Below, piece after piece: positions 26,491 through 34,427 of a DNA stretch of 64,000 bases. The stretch is from Victivallaceae bacterium. GTDB lineage: Bacteria > Verrucomicrobiota > Lentisphaeria > Victivallales > Victivallaceae. The notes under the pieces are model-generated. The model searched no databases and was not told where the DNA came from. It was given only the letters and a program-made list of their open reading frames with translations. The DNA is taken from the NCBI GenBank assembly GCA_045598845.1, contig JAZRUY010000034.1:7604-71603 (forward strand). Reading direction: 5' to 3'. How positions within the stretch are numbered: the stretch's first letter is position 1; each line of letters starts with the position of its first letter. The position numbers and the translations under genes are program-made.

Positions 26491-27053
26491 AGCAGTTCCC
26501 CGTTATCCGATTCCGCGATATTTGCCCGCAGCCGTTTCAGCGCATATTGCATCCGCGCCAGCGCGGTGTTTAGCGGACAGCCCTGAATTTCGGCTATTTC
26601 CTTAAACGGCACCCCCTGTTGCCGGAGCAGAAATACTTCCCGTTGCTCCGGTGTCAGGCGCTCCACCGCCTTGTCGATGACCGCTCCGAGCTCAGCGTTT
26701 TCCAGTTCCTCGGCCGGCGTGACAGTATCGGCGGTTTCCGGCAGTTCCTGTACCGGTACATATTCCTTACCGGCGCGCAGCCGGTCATAAAAAATATTGC
26801 GCGCCACCCGGAACAGCCAGGCGTTGAATTTTCCCTGATGCCGGTATTCCGGCAATTTCCTGATCACTTTCAGCCAGGCCAGTTCAAATACTTCGTCCGC
26901 CTCGGAAACATTGCCGGTGAGGTGATTCAAAAAACCGTACAGCGGCATCCGGTGGCGGAAATACAGCGTTTCAAAAGCCTGTTCATCGCCGTTTTTCCCG
27001 TAGGCGGCAATAAGTTCAGCATCATCGGCCCCGCTGTACCAATCTTCTCCCAT
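26487..27053 (-). CDS. RNA polymerase ECF-type sigma-70 factor
   Basis: 188 aa. Region 2 (FETLYFRHRMPLYGFL..., AWLFRVARN) and region 4 HTH (FKEIAEIQGCPLNTALARMQYALKRLR). Confidence 0.88.
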   Translation of the reverse strand: MGEDWYSGADDAELIAAYGKNGDEQAFETLYFRHRMPLYGFLNHLTGNVSEADEVFELAWLKVIRKLPEYRHQGKFNAWLFRVARNIFYDRLRAGKEYVPVQELPETADTVTPAEELENAELGAVIDKAVERLTPEQREVFLLRQQGVPFKEIAEIQGCPLNTALARMQYALKRLRANIAESDNGELL

Positions 27054-27089
27054 ACTCTACCGATAACGGAATTTCCGTCCTTAATATTG

Positions 27090-27494
27090 TCATACGCCGG
27101 CGATAAAATCCCAGACTTCCGCATCCGCCTCCAATAATTCCGCCGGGCGTCCGCCGTGAAGCGGAACCCAGAGGAATCGCTGTCCTTCCAGCGGTCTGAG
27201 CCTGCCGGTGTTTCCGGCCGGCAGCGCCCGTATGAAATGTAATTCCAGCCGCGTTGCCGGCGGGTACAGCACCAGCCGGTATATTTCATCCAGCGCCAGT
27301 ACGGGAAAGTCCAGTTCTTCCAGCAGTTCCCGTTCCGCCGCCTGCTGCGGGCTCTCCCCGGGTTCCAGTTTTCCGCCAGGGAACTCCCATCCCGCCGGCG
27401 GTTTGTTTTCCGGACGGCTGGCCAGCAGTACTTTTCCGTTGCTGATTATTACCGCGGCCGCCACCCGGATCCGGCGGACTCCGTCGTTCAGCAT
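27090..27494 (-). CDS. NUDIX hydrolase (MutT-like)
   Basis: 134 aa with Nudix box GWEFPGGKLEPGESPQQAAERELLEEL. Confidence 0.85.
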   Translation of the reverse strand: MLNDGVRRIRVAAAVIISNGKVLLASRPENKPPAGWEFPGGKLEPGESPQQAAERELLEELDFPVLALDEIYRLVLYPPATRLELHFIRALPAGNTGRLRPLEGQRFLWVPLHGGRPAELLEADAEVWDFIAGV

Positions 27495-28408
27495 TGTACC
27501 GCTCCGACAATATCCGCCGCTCCGGCGATGCCGTTGCGGTCCAGATAGGCGTTGAGTCCGTCTATGACTTTCAGCGCGGCGAAGGGGTCGGTGAAATTGG
27601 CGGTTCCCACCGCCACGGCGGATGCGCCGGCGAGCATGAATTCCGCCGCGTCTTCGCCGGAGGTTATGCCGCCCATTCCGATAACCGGTATTTTCACCGC
27701 TTTCGCCGTGTCATATACCATTCTCACCGCCACCGGTTTTAATGCCGGGCCGGAAAGACCGCCGGTGCGGTTGGCGATTTTCGGCCGTCTGGTATTGATA
27801 TCGATGGCCATTCCGGGAATAGTGTTGATCAGCGACACCATGTCGCTGCCTTCCGCTTCGGCGGCGCGGGCGAAATCCGCCACGCAGGTAACATTGGGGC
27901 TGAGTTTGGTGATGATCGGCAGCGAGCAGCGGCTCCGGACTTCGCGTACCACTTCCGCGGCCAGCCGCAGATCGGTGCCGAACGCCGCGCCGCCGGATTT
28001 CACGTTGGGACATGAGATGTTGATTTCCAGCGCGGCTATGCCTTCGGATTCCTCCTGCAGCGCCGCCGCCGTTTCTCCGTATTCCTCTATGGTTGTTCCC
28101 CAGATATTGACAATCACCGTGGCGCCGCTGCGGCGGAGTTGCGGCATATAATGCTCATCATGCAGAAAACGCTCCACTCCCGGTCCTTGCAGACCGATGG
28201 CGTTGAGCATTCCTCCGGTTACTTCCGCGGTGCGCGGCATCGGGTTGCCCGGCGACGGGGTCATCCGGATCCCCTTCACCACCACCGCCCCCAGGCGGGA
28301 AATATCGTAATAGCGTCCGTATTCGGCTCCGTATCCAAAAGTTCCGGAGGCGGTCATCACCGGGTTTTTCAGCACCAGCCGCCCCAGATTGCAGCGTAAA
28401 TCAGCCAT
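27488..28408 (-). CDS. pyrD: dihydroorotate dehydrogenase, catalytic subunit (class 1B)
   Basis: LKNPVMTASGTFGYG, NISCPNV, GGLSGPALKP, IGMGGI motifs. ATG 28408 has GGAG 7 nt upstream; the alternative is 28438. Confidence 0.9.
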   Translation of the reverse strand: MADLRCNLGRLVLKNPVMTASGTFGYGAEYGRYYDISRLGAVVVKGIRMTPSPGNPMPRTAEVTGGMLNAIGLQGPGVERFLHDEHYMPQLRRSGATVIVNIWGTTIEEYGETAAALQEESEGIAALEINISCPNVKSGGAAFGTDLRLAAEVVREVRSRCSLPIITKLSPNVTCVADFARAAEAEGSDMVSLINTIPGMAIDINTRRPKIANRTGGLSGPALKPVAVRMVYDTAKAVKIPVIGMGGITSGEDAAEFMLAGASAVAVGTANFTDPFAALKVIDGLNAYLDRNGIAGAADIVGAVQC

Positions 28409-28412
28409 AAAT

Positions 28413-29204
28413 TCACTCCGTGTATATCCGGTTGACATTGAAGACCGGTCCGTCGGCGCAGGCGCGGGCGTACTCCCATCCGGCCGCGTTGCCGGACTTT
28501 ACTTTTACCGCGCAGCTGAAACAGGCGCCGATCCCGCAGCACATCATGTGATCCAGCGACAGTTCCCCGGCCAGACCGCGTTCCCGCATCAGTTTCGCCA
28601 GCGCCGTCAGCATCGGCTGCGGTCCGCAGGCGGAAATAAAGTATTTTTCCGCCGGATTTTCCGCCAGCAGTTTTTCCAGCAGAGCGGTTACTCTCCCCCG
28701 TTCGCCCAGCGATCCGTCGTCAGTGGAAATCATCACCCGGTAGCCGGCGGCGGCATATTTTTCCGCCAGCAGGATATCGTCGGCGGTGCGCGCGCCCAGA
28801 AGTACGGTCCCTCCCGGCGAACGCGAGGTCAGCATAAAGGTGGCGGCGGAGCCGTAACCGCCGCACACCGCCAGCTGGGTGAATCCCGCCGGAGCGGTGG
28901 AAAAACCGTGTCCCAGCGGCCCCATCAGATTGCATACCGCTCCGGCTTTCAGCCGCGCCAGATGTTCCGTTCCGCCGCCGACTACTTTATACACCACGGT
29001 AATCCGGCCGTTTGCAGCATCGCAGATGGAGAACGGCCGCCGCAGAACGCGTTCTCCGGAATCGTCTATCCGCACATGTACGAATTGTCCCGGCTGTGCC
29101 TCCGCCGCGATTTCCGGAGCCTCGCATTCGATCCGGAAATATCCGTGGCCGAGCGGAGTGTTGGCGGCGATCCCGCAATCGAAAGTTTTTTGATATTTCT
29201 GCAT
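28413..29204 (-). CDS. pyrK: dihydroorotate dehydrogenase electron transfer subunit
   Basis: 263 aa. FAD/NAD-binding ferredoxin-reductase-like fold (RRPFSI) and C-terminal 2Fe-2S cysteine cluster (MMCCGIGACFSCAV). Immediately upstream of pyrD. Confidence 0.88.
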   Translation of the reverse strand: MQKYQKTFDCGIAANTPLGHGYFRIECEAPEIAAEAQPGQFVHVRIDDSGERVLRRPFSICDAANGRITVVYKVVGGGTEHLARLKAGAVCNLMGPLGHGFSTAPAGFTQLAVCGGYGSAATFMLTSRSPGGTVLLGARTADDILLAEKYAAAGYRVMISTDDGSLGERGRVTALLEKLLAENPAEKYFISACGPQPMLTALAKLMRERGLAGELSLDHMMCCGIGACFSCAVKVKSGNAAGWEYARACADGPVFNVNRIYTE

Positions 29205-29216
29205 AATCCGCGCCTT

Positions 29217-29840
29217 TCAGTCGCAGTTGAAATACGGATTTCCGGTCTTTTCCCTCCCTGCTTCGGTGGAGGGTCCGTGTCCGGGATGAATCATCGTGTC
29301 ATCCGGCAGCGGAATGATAACATCGTGAATGGATTTCAGCAGTGTCTGCCAGTCGCCGCCCGGCAGATCGGTTCTTCCCACCGATCCGGCGAATACGGTG
29401 TCTCCTGAAAAAAGGTGGTTGCCGAACAGAAATCCGCTGCCGCCGGGTGTATGCCCGGGCAGATGCAGCAGTTGAAATACCTTTGCATCGCCGTCCGGAA
29501 TTTCCCCGGTGGTTTCCGGCAGATTTTCCGCCGCGTCCAGACACCCTTCCAGCGCATTGTCCGGGCTGCGGTAAATCGGCAGATCCTCCGGAGCCAGATA
29601 CACATAATCCGGTTTCAGCGCCGCTGTCACTTCCCCCAGCGCATGGATATGGTCCGCATGGGCATGGGTGAGCAGCACCGCACAGGAGGCCGGCCGCAGT
29701 GATTCCGCCGCCGCGGTTATCTCCTCTCCGTCGCCGCCCGGGTCGATGATATACAGCCGGATGCCTCCGGCCGGTGTTTCCTCGCTCACCAGATAGCAGT
29801 TGGTGGCCAGCACCCCCACCGGCAAAGTGTGTATTTGCAT
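29217..29840 (-). CDS. MBL-fold metallo-hydrolase (glyoxalase II-like)
   Basis: 207 aa with THAHADHI metal-binding motif and a later HLPGHTPG motif. Confidence 0.85.
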   Translation of the reverse strand: MQIHTLPVGVLATNCYLVSEETPAGGIRLYIIDPGGDGEEITAAAESLRPASCAVLLTHAHADHIHALGEVTAALKPDYVYLAPEDLPIYRSPDNALEGCLDAAENLPETTGEIPDGDAKVFQLLHLPGHTPGGSGFLFGNHLFSGDTVFAGSVGRTDLPGGDWQTLLKSIHDVIIPLPDDTMIHPGHGPSTEAGREKTGNPYFNCD

Positions 29841-29872
29841 GAACAGTCCTCTTTCGGTTTAGATTTTCCGGT

Positions 29873-32800
29873 TCAGCGGGAATCCGCTTCCGGACTCTTT
29901 TTAAGCATTATTTTCCCCATCGACGGCTGCGCCAGCATTCCGCGCAGGGCGCAGCGGCGGTCGAAATCCAGCGCCGGCACCAGTTCCACCGGGCATTTCA
30001 TCCGGCACCGTATTTCTATGGTTCCGTTATTTTCTGAGCAGTGTTCTTCGTAACTGACGGTGTTTTCTCCACCGGCGGTCAGTTTATACGGCCTTCTGCC
30101 GGCGGTCATGTACCCTTCCGGCAGGGAAATGATGTAGTCGCGTCCGGTTTCCGATGCCGTGCCGCGCCAGAACGGATTGGCGCGCTCCGGTTTGACGATG
30201 CCGAGTTCATCGGCGAATTTTCCGTATTCCGGCAGCGGCATTTCCAGATAAACCCCGTTTACCGCGGCGAATTTCCGGTTTTTCACGGTATAGTTCACCT
30301 TTAATGCTCCGCCTTCATCGCTTTGCCGCAGTTCGCCGTCCAGTTCCGCCGCCGGGCCGAAAGCGGCGGCCAGCGACTGTTTGAATCTCCGCAGTTCCTC
30401 CGGTGTCATTTCGGCGAGCCCGCGCCGGAGTTTCGCCGCCGCCCTGCCGGTCAGGGTTTCTTCGCATTCTATTTCCGCTCCGCCGGCTTTATCCGGCTTT
30501 ATCCGGTAAACCGAATACTCCGCCGTGCGCATACCGGCGGCCGGTTCCGGCTGAAAGAGTTCCCCGGTTTCCAGATTCAGCGCTATCCGGTTTTCTTCCC
30601 CTATCGCGCCCAGCGCGTCGTAGCGCCCGGTATTGTTCAGTATGCAGCCGGGTTCCGGCACTTCCACCAGTACCGCGGTGAAAATGTTTCTCGGTACTTC
30701 TGTGAGTGCCGCGGCGGTCAGCGGGTGCCATGCCGCGCCGGAAACGGCGGCGAAACGGTATTCGAATCCGGCCGCCTTCAGCATTGCGCCCAGCAGTACC
30801 GCGCGGTCGGCGCTGTTGCCGTAGCCGGAGCGCAGGGTTTCGTCCGGGTCGGAAAAGTTCTCCGGTATTTCGTTAAGCGCCGGACCGGCCTGCCGGATAT
30901 TTTCCGCCGCGAAATCCCGGATGGCGGTAACTTTTTCCGCCGGAGTCGCGCATCCGGCGGTCAGTTGCCGCGCTTTTTCCGCCGCCAGCGGCGATTCTTT
31001 TTCCGCCGCCGCGGTCAGACCTTTCCGCAGGCTGTCCGCGAGAATTTTCAAATCGAAAGTGCTTACCGCCGCCGCCGGCCGGTAGAGTTCCTGCGGCGGC
31101 GACCCGGGGTCATCGGCGAACGCCGCGCCGCCGCTCCGGCTCCAGGTGCGGTATATTCTGCCATCCCGCTTTTCTTCGGAATAATTCAGCCCGCTCGCTT
31201 TCGGCAGGTTGAGCGCGGTGTTTTCCGGGGTGATTACGGTAAAAGTCTGTCCGGCTCCCGGCGCGGTGTCGCCGAAAATTTTCAGGAACCCCATTTGTTC
31301 CGTCCGCCGTTTCCGCACGGTTTTCACGCTGATGAGCGAGCCGGGGCGCACATCCGGCAGATTGGCCACCAGAATTTTCCCGGCCGGATACCGCGGCGCT
31401 GCCGCCGTCCATTTCTGATCCATCAGGTTGACGGAATCCGGTTTAAGTACCGTTTTCGTCCCGTCCGGCGCCGTTACTTCCGCACTGATCTCCGCCTCTT
31501 CCCATGCCGGATTGAAATTGACTTTTATTTCGGAATACCGTTTCACTCCGCCGTAATTAAGAATTTTCCGTTTAGCGGTTTCGGTCAGCGTCCAGTTGAC
31601 GCCGTCCTCCGTTTCCAGCACCGTGCCGGTCGCCAGCGGCAGGGAATCGCTGTTCCCGTATTCGCCGTCCGGTATTACCGCTCCGTCGCGCGGATATTCC
31701 ATGGCCGCCGCCGGCAGTGTGCGTCGGGCGAGATCAAGTTCCCCCAGCGCTTTCCGCAACGCCGGATATTCAGTCGCCGGCATTTCCATTCCGTCAATGG
31801 TAAAACAGCTTTTCCCTTCCAGCCGGTTTGCTTCAGCGTCATAATTGTATTCCCGGCCGCATTTGAATATCGCTTTGGAAGAGAATGCGCAATATTCGCC
31901 GACTGCCGCCCGCATCGTCGTCGGCACCGCTTTTATCCGGCAGTTGGAAGGCAGTTCCCAGCGGAAACTTTCCTCCGTGCCGCAGGTGGTGGGAAAAATC
32001 TTCGGGAACCGGCGTTCCCGCAGCGCCGTGTCTCCGGTTACTTTGCCGGCCGATGCGCCGATAACGGCTCCGAAATCCGGAGTCTGCAGCAGGAATTCTC
32101 CGTCTGTCCGGGGTGAGAATCCGGCTTTGCGGAAATCGAATTCCACGCTCAACGGTTGCGAGGTGTCGCGCACATCTTCCGGCTCGACTTTGAAATTGCG
32201 CAGTTCCGCATCGGGGTAGAGTTCCTTAAGCCGCGATGCGAACGGATTGTCCCACACCGCCCGCTGCCGCTTGGAAAAGGCGGTGCGGTATATCCGGTCG
32301 TTTACGCCGGCGAACTCCATTCTGGTGTGCCCGGTCAGAATTCCGTACTCGTCCAGTTTCATTTCGGTATGGATGCGCAGCCGGTTGTTTTCCGCCGGGA
32401 CTACCGGCGAACGGCGCAGCGTGTCTCCCTCCCTGGTCGCCGGCAGATAACTCATGTTGCTCAGTTCCGACGGCAGCAGATCCCCGGTGGTTTCAAAAGT
32501 GGGATCCATCAGCTGCAGGGTTCCGTCCGGCAGTTTCACCCCGGTTATGGCATGATTGAAATATATGTTCGGCACATCTTTGTCTTTCGGCGGTCCGGCC
32601 ATGAACAGTACCGGAAAGGCGTTGAATCCGGCCAGCTCCAGCATGGCGGCGAGCAGGGCCGCTTTGTCCCGGCACACTCCGTGCCGCCGGGAGAAAGTCA
32701 GGCTGACGTCATGGGGCTCGTTTCCAGGCGCCTCGCTTTCCGCGGTCAGCCCCACATAGCGCACCTGCTGCGATACGAACTGGAATAACGCCCGTATTTT

Positions 32801-33739
32801 CGCATTGTCATCCGCCGCCCCGGCGGTGAGTTCCGTTACTTTGGCGCGCATTTCGTCCGATACCGCGTCCAGATGCGGGCGGCACAGTTTGTAATACCAG
32901 CGCGACACCGTTTTCCAGTCCGGTTCGCTGCTGACCATGATTCTCGGCACGCTGAAAAACCATTCCGGCATTTCCGGCTCTTTGAAAAACCGCGGCATCT
33001 CCTTCACCGTCCAGATATGCTCCGTACCGCCGTCCTCTTTTTTGCGCGAGGTGTAGTTCACACGCTTTTCCGTATCGTCTTTCACCGCTATACTGCGGAG
33101 CGGCAGTTGTTCCGGCGCCGTTATGCTCAGCACATATTCCTTCACCGGCTGCGTGCTCTGCACCGGGTACAGCCCGCACCACATGCCCGGCATCCGGGTC
33201 TTGAATTCTTCGCCGCTCACCACCGTATGCAGAATGTCCCCGACTTCCAGTCCCGGTATTCCCAGCGTGCAGACGCGTTGCGCCGGATCGTAGATATTGC
33301 TCTCCATCTGGCTGTTTTCCGTCATGTCGCGCCGCCCGGATTTCACATCCACCGGCACCTTGGTTCCGTCCGCCCGGATTATTTCCGCCAGTTCGAATTC
33401 TATGGCGCCGTAACTGCGGTTGTAGCGGTAGGTGGCGGTACCGGCGTCCCGCCGGCCGAATTCGGTCAGGATTTTGGTGTAGGATTCATCCCGCCATTTT
33501 TCGGTTCCGTCCGCCCGGTATTCCGCTGCTTCCCGTTCGTACAGAAGCACCGTCTCCGCATCGGGGTAGTTCTCCTTCACCGCTTCGGCTGAGCGTTCCG
33601 CCAGTTCCTCCGGCGTCAGCGCGGCGCCGGCCGGCAGCAGTGTCATCATCAGCGCCCCGACGCCCAGACGGCGCACGACCCGGCATATTATATTGTCCAT
33701 AAGAGAATTTCCCGTTTTCCAAATGTTGTTTCCGCGCAT
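29873..33739 (-). CDS. large secreted transglutaminase-like protein, tandem DUF3857/transglutaminase-core/DUF3858-like modules
   Basis: 1288 aa. Signal-like N-terminus. First core RRHGVCRDKAALLAAMLELAGF...NHAITGV...LMDPT (Cys-His-Asp). Second, degenerate core SGYGNSADRAVLLGAMLKAAGF. Alternative start ATG 33700. Confidence 0.78.
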   Translation of the reverse strand: MRGNNIWKTGNSLMDNIICRVVRRLGVGALMMTLLPAGAALTPEELAERSAEAVKENYPDAETVLLYEREAAEYRADGTEKWRDESYTKILTEFGRRDAGTATYRYNRSYGAIEFELAEIIRADGTKVPVDVKSGRRDMTENSQMESNIYDPAQRVCTLGIPGLEVGDILHTVVSGEEFKTRMPGMWCGLYPVQSTQPVKEYVLSITAPEQLPLRSIAVKDDTEKRVNYTSRKKEDGGTEHIWTVKEMPRFFKEPEMPEWFFSVPRIMVSSEPDWKTVSRWYYKLCRPHLDAVSDEMRAKVTELTAGAADDNAKIRALFQFVSQQVRYVGLTAESEAPGNEPHDVSLTFSRRHGVCRDKAALLAAMLELAGFNAFPVLFMAGPPKDKDVPNIYFNHAITGVKLPDGTLQLMDPTFETTGDLLPSELSNMSYLPATREGDTLRRSPVVPAENNRLRIHTEMKLDEYGILTGHTRMEFAGVNDRIYRTAFSKRQRAVWDNPFASRLKELYPDAELRNFKVEPEDVRDTSQPLSVEFDFRKAGFSPRTDGEFLLQTPDFGAVIGASAGKVTGDTALRERRFPKIFPTTCGTEESFRWELPSNCRIKAVPTTMRAAVGEYCAFSSKAIFKCGREYNYDAEANRLEGKSCFTIDGMEMPATEYPALRKALGELDLARRTLPAAAMEYPRDGAVIPDGEYGNSDSLPLATGTVLETEDGVNWTLTETAKRKILNYGGVKRYSEIKVNFNPAWEEAEISAEVTAPDGTKTVLKPDSVNLMDQKWTAAAPRYPAGKILVANLPDVRPGSLISVKTVRKRRTEQMGFLKIFGDTAPGAGQTFTVITPENTALNLPKASGLNYSEEKRDGRIYRTWSRSGGAAFADDPGSPPQELYRPAAAVSTFDLKILADSLRKGLTAAAEKESPLAAEKARQLTAGCATPAEKVTAIRDFAAENIRQAGPALNEIPENFSDPDETLRSGYGNSADRAVLLGAMLKAAGFEYRFAAVSGAAWHPLTAAALTEVPRNIFTAVLVEVPEPGCILNNTGRYDALGAIGEENRIALNLETGELFQPEPAAGMRTAEYSVYRIKPDKAGGAEIECEETLTGRAAAKLRRGLAEMTPEELRRFKQSLAAAFGPAAELDGELRQSDEGGALKVNYTVKNRKFAAVNGVYLEMPLPEYGKFADELGIVKPERANPFWRGTASETGRDYIISLPEGYMTAGRRPYKLTAGGENTVSYEEHCSENNGTIEIRCRMKCPVELVPALDFDRRCALRGMLAQPSMGKIMLKKSPEADSR

Positions 33740-33804
33740 CGCGGTTGCCGGGGTTAAGATACCACCGGCCCGGGGTAAATGGAAATTAAAATCGCGACAA
33801 TTAT

Positions 33805-33833
33805 TTGAAAATAAGCCCGGTCGCGGCTATATT
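33805..33833 (+). promoter_or_regulatory. sigma70-like promoter TTGAAA-17-TATATT for 33-aa micro-gene
   Basis: TTGAAA 33805-33810, 17-nt spacer, TATATT 33828-33833. Confidence 0.5.
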
Positions 33834-33912
33834 CGTCATCAGGTGTTTTGATAACGCCGGCAGTACGGTGTACCGTAAATTTTGAAACTTCAGTAAATGT
33901 CGGGGAGAAATC

Positions 33913-34014
33913 ATGGGTCAGCAGCACAACAAAATCGAAAAGCGCCGCCGCCGCAAGGCTTATCTTGAGCGTTGCAAGGAGAAGATCCGCGCGGTCATCG
34001 GCAAGAAAAAGTAA
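33913..34014 (+). CDS. 33-aa highly basic small protein (MGQQHNKIEKRRRRKAYLERCKEKIRAVIGKKK)
   Basis: Absent from the ORF track because it is too short. ATG 33913 with GGGGAG SD 6 nt upstream and TAA stop at 34012. Bracketed by a near-consensus promoter and a perfect intrinsic terminator. Confidence 0.5.
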   Translation: MGQQHNKIEKRRRRKAYLERCKEKIRAVIGKKK

Positions 34015-34063
34015 CCGCGGCGCTCCGTGTTCCGGCGTTTGGGACCGGAAAAGCGGTGTACGG

Positions 34064-34097
34064 CCGGTCCGGAACTCCGGACCGGTTTTCTTTATTT
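34064..34097 (+). terminator. rho-independent terminator
   Basis: Perfect 9-bp stem CCGGTCCGG (34064-34072), loop AACT, CCGGACCGG (34077-34085), followed by TTTTCTTTATTTT. Confidence 0.7.
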
Positions 34098-34192
34098 TGT
34101 TCTTTTTTTCCGGCTGGTGTTTATTTTCCGCCAACCGTGTATCTCATATCCGCTCCGATGGGAAATCCTGGTTGTTTTTCCCGCTTTTTCCC

Positions 34193-34221
34193 TTGAATTG
34201 CGTCATAATTATCGCTATGTT
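34193..34221 (+). promoter_or_regulatory. sigma70-like promoter TTGAAT-17-TATGTT
   Basis: TTGAAT 34193-34198, 17-nt spacer, TATGTT 34216-34221. Lies upstream of a 19-aa sORF and the 34428 gene. Confidence 0.4.
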
Positions 34222-34427
34222 CATCTGTGTACGGAAGAAAATTCTAAGGTTTTCGAGGAGGGTTGTTATCATGATTCCGCTCACGGGAGAATGTGAAATT
34301 TCCGCAGTCGTTCCGGAATATTGTCAATGAGAGCTTTCTGAATCTGCCCGGTTTCTTGCCGGGACGAATGGGAAAACGGTTTTCTTCAATAACGGAAAAT
34401 AATTTGTAAAGTAAAAGGGGTTTGTCC

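Noticed and set aside
28389-29408. 339-aa plus-strand ORF across pyrK and the MBL hydrolase gene
   Set aside because: It crosses two well-supported minus-strand genes and their junction. Its composition is junk-like.
30323-32116. 597-aa ORF on the plus strand inside the large transglutaminase-like gene
   Set aside because: It is antisense to a gene with clear domain signatures. The translation is dominated by Arg, Phe, Pro and Gly runs and has no start context.
33754-34330. Track ORFs 33754-34134 (minus, 126 aa), 33848-34330 (plus, 160 aa), 33972-34196 and 34027-34296
   Set aside because: They run straight through a near-consensus promoter, the SD-preceded 33-aa ORF and a perfect intrinsic terminator. 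They have no SD and odd composition. The 33-aa and 19-aa sORFs explain the signals better.
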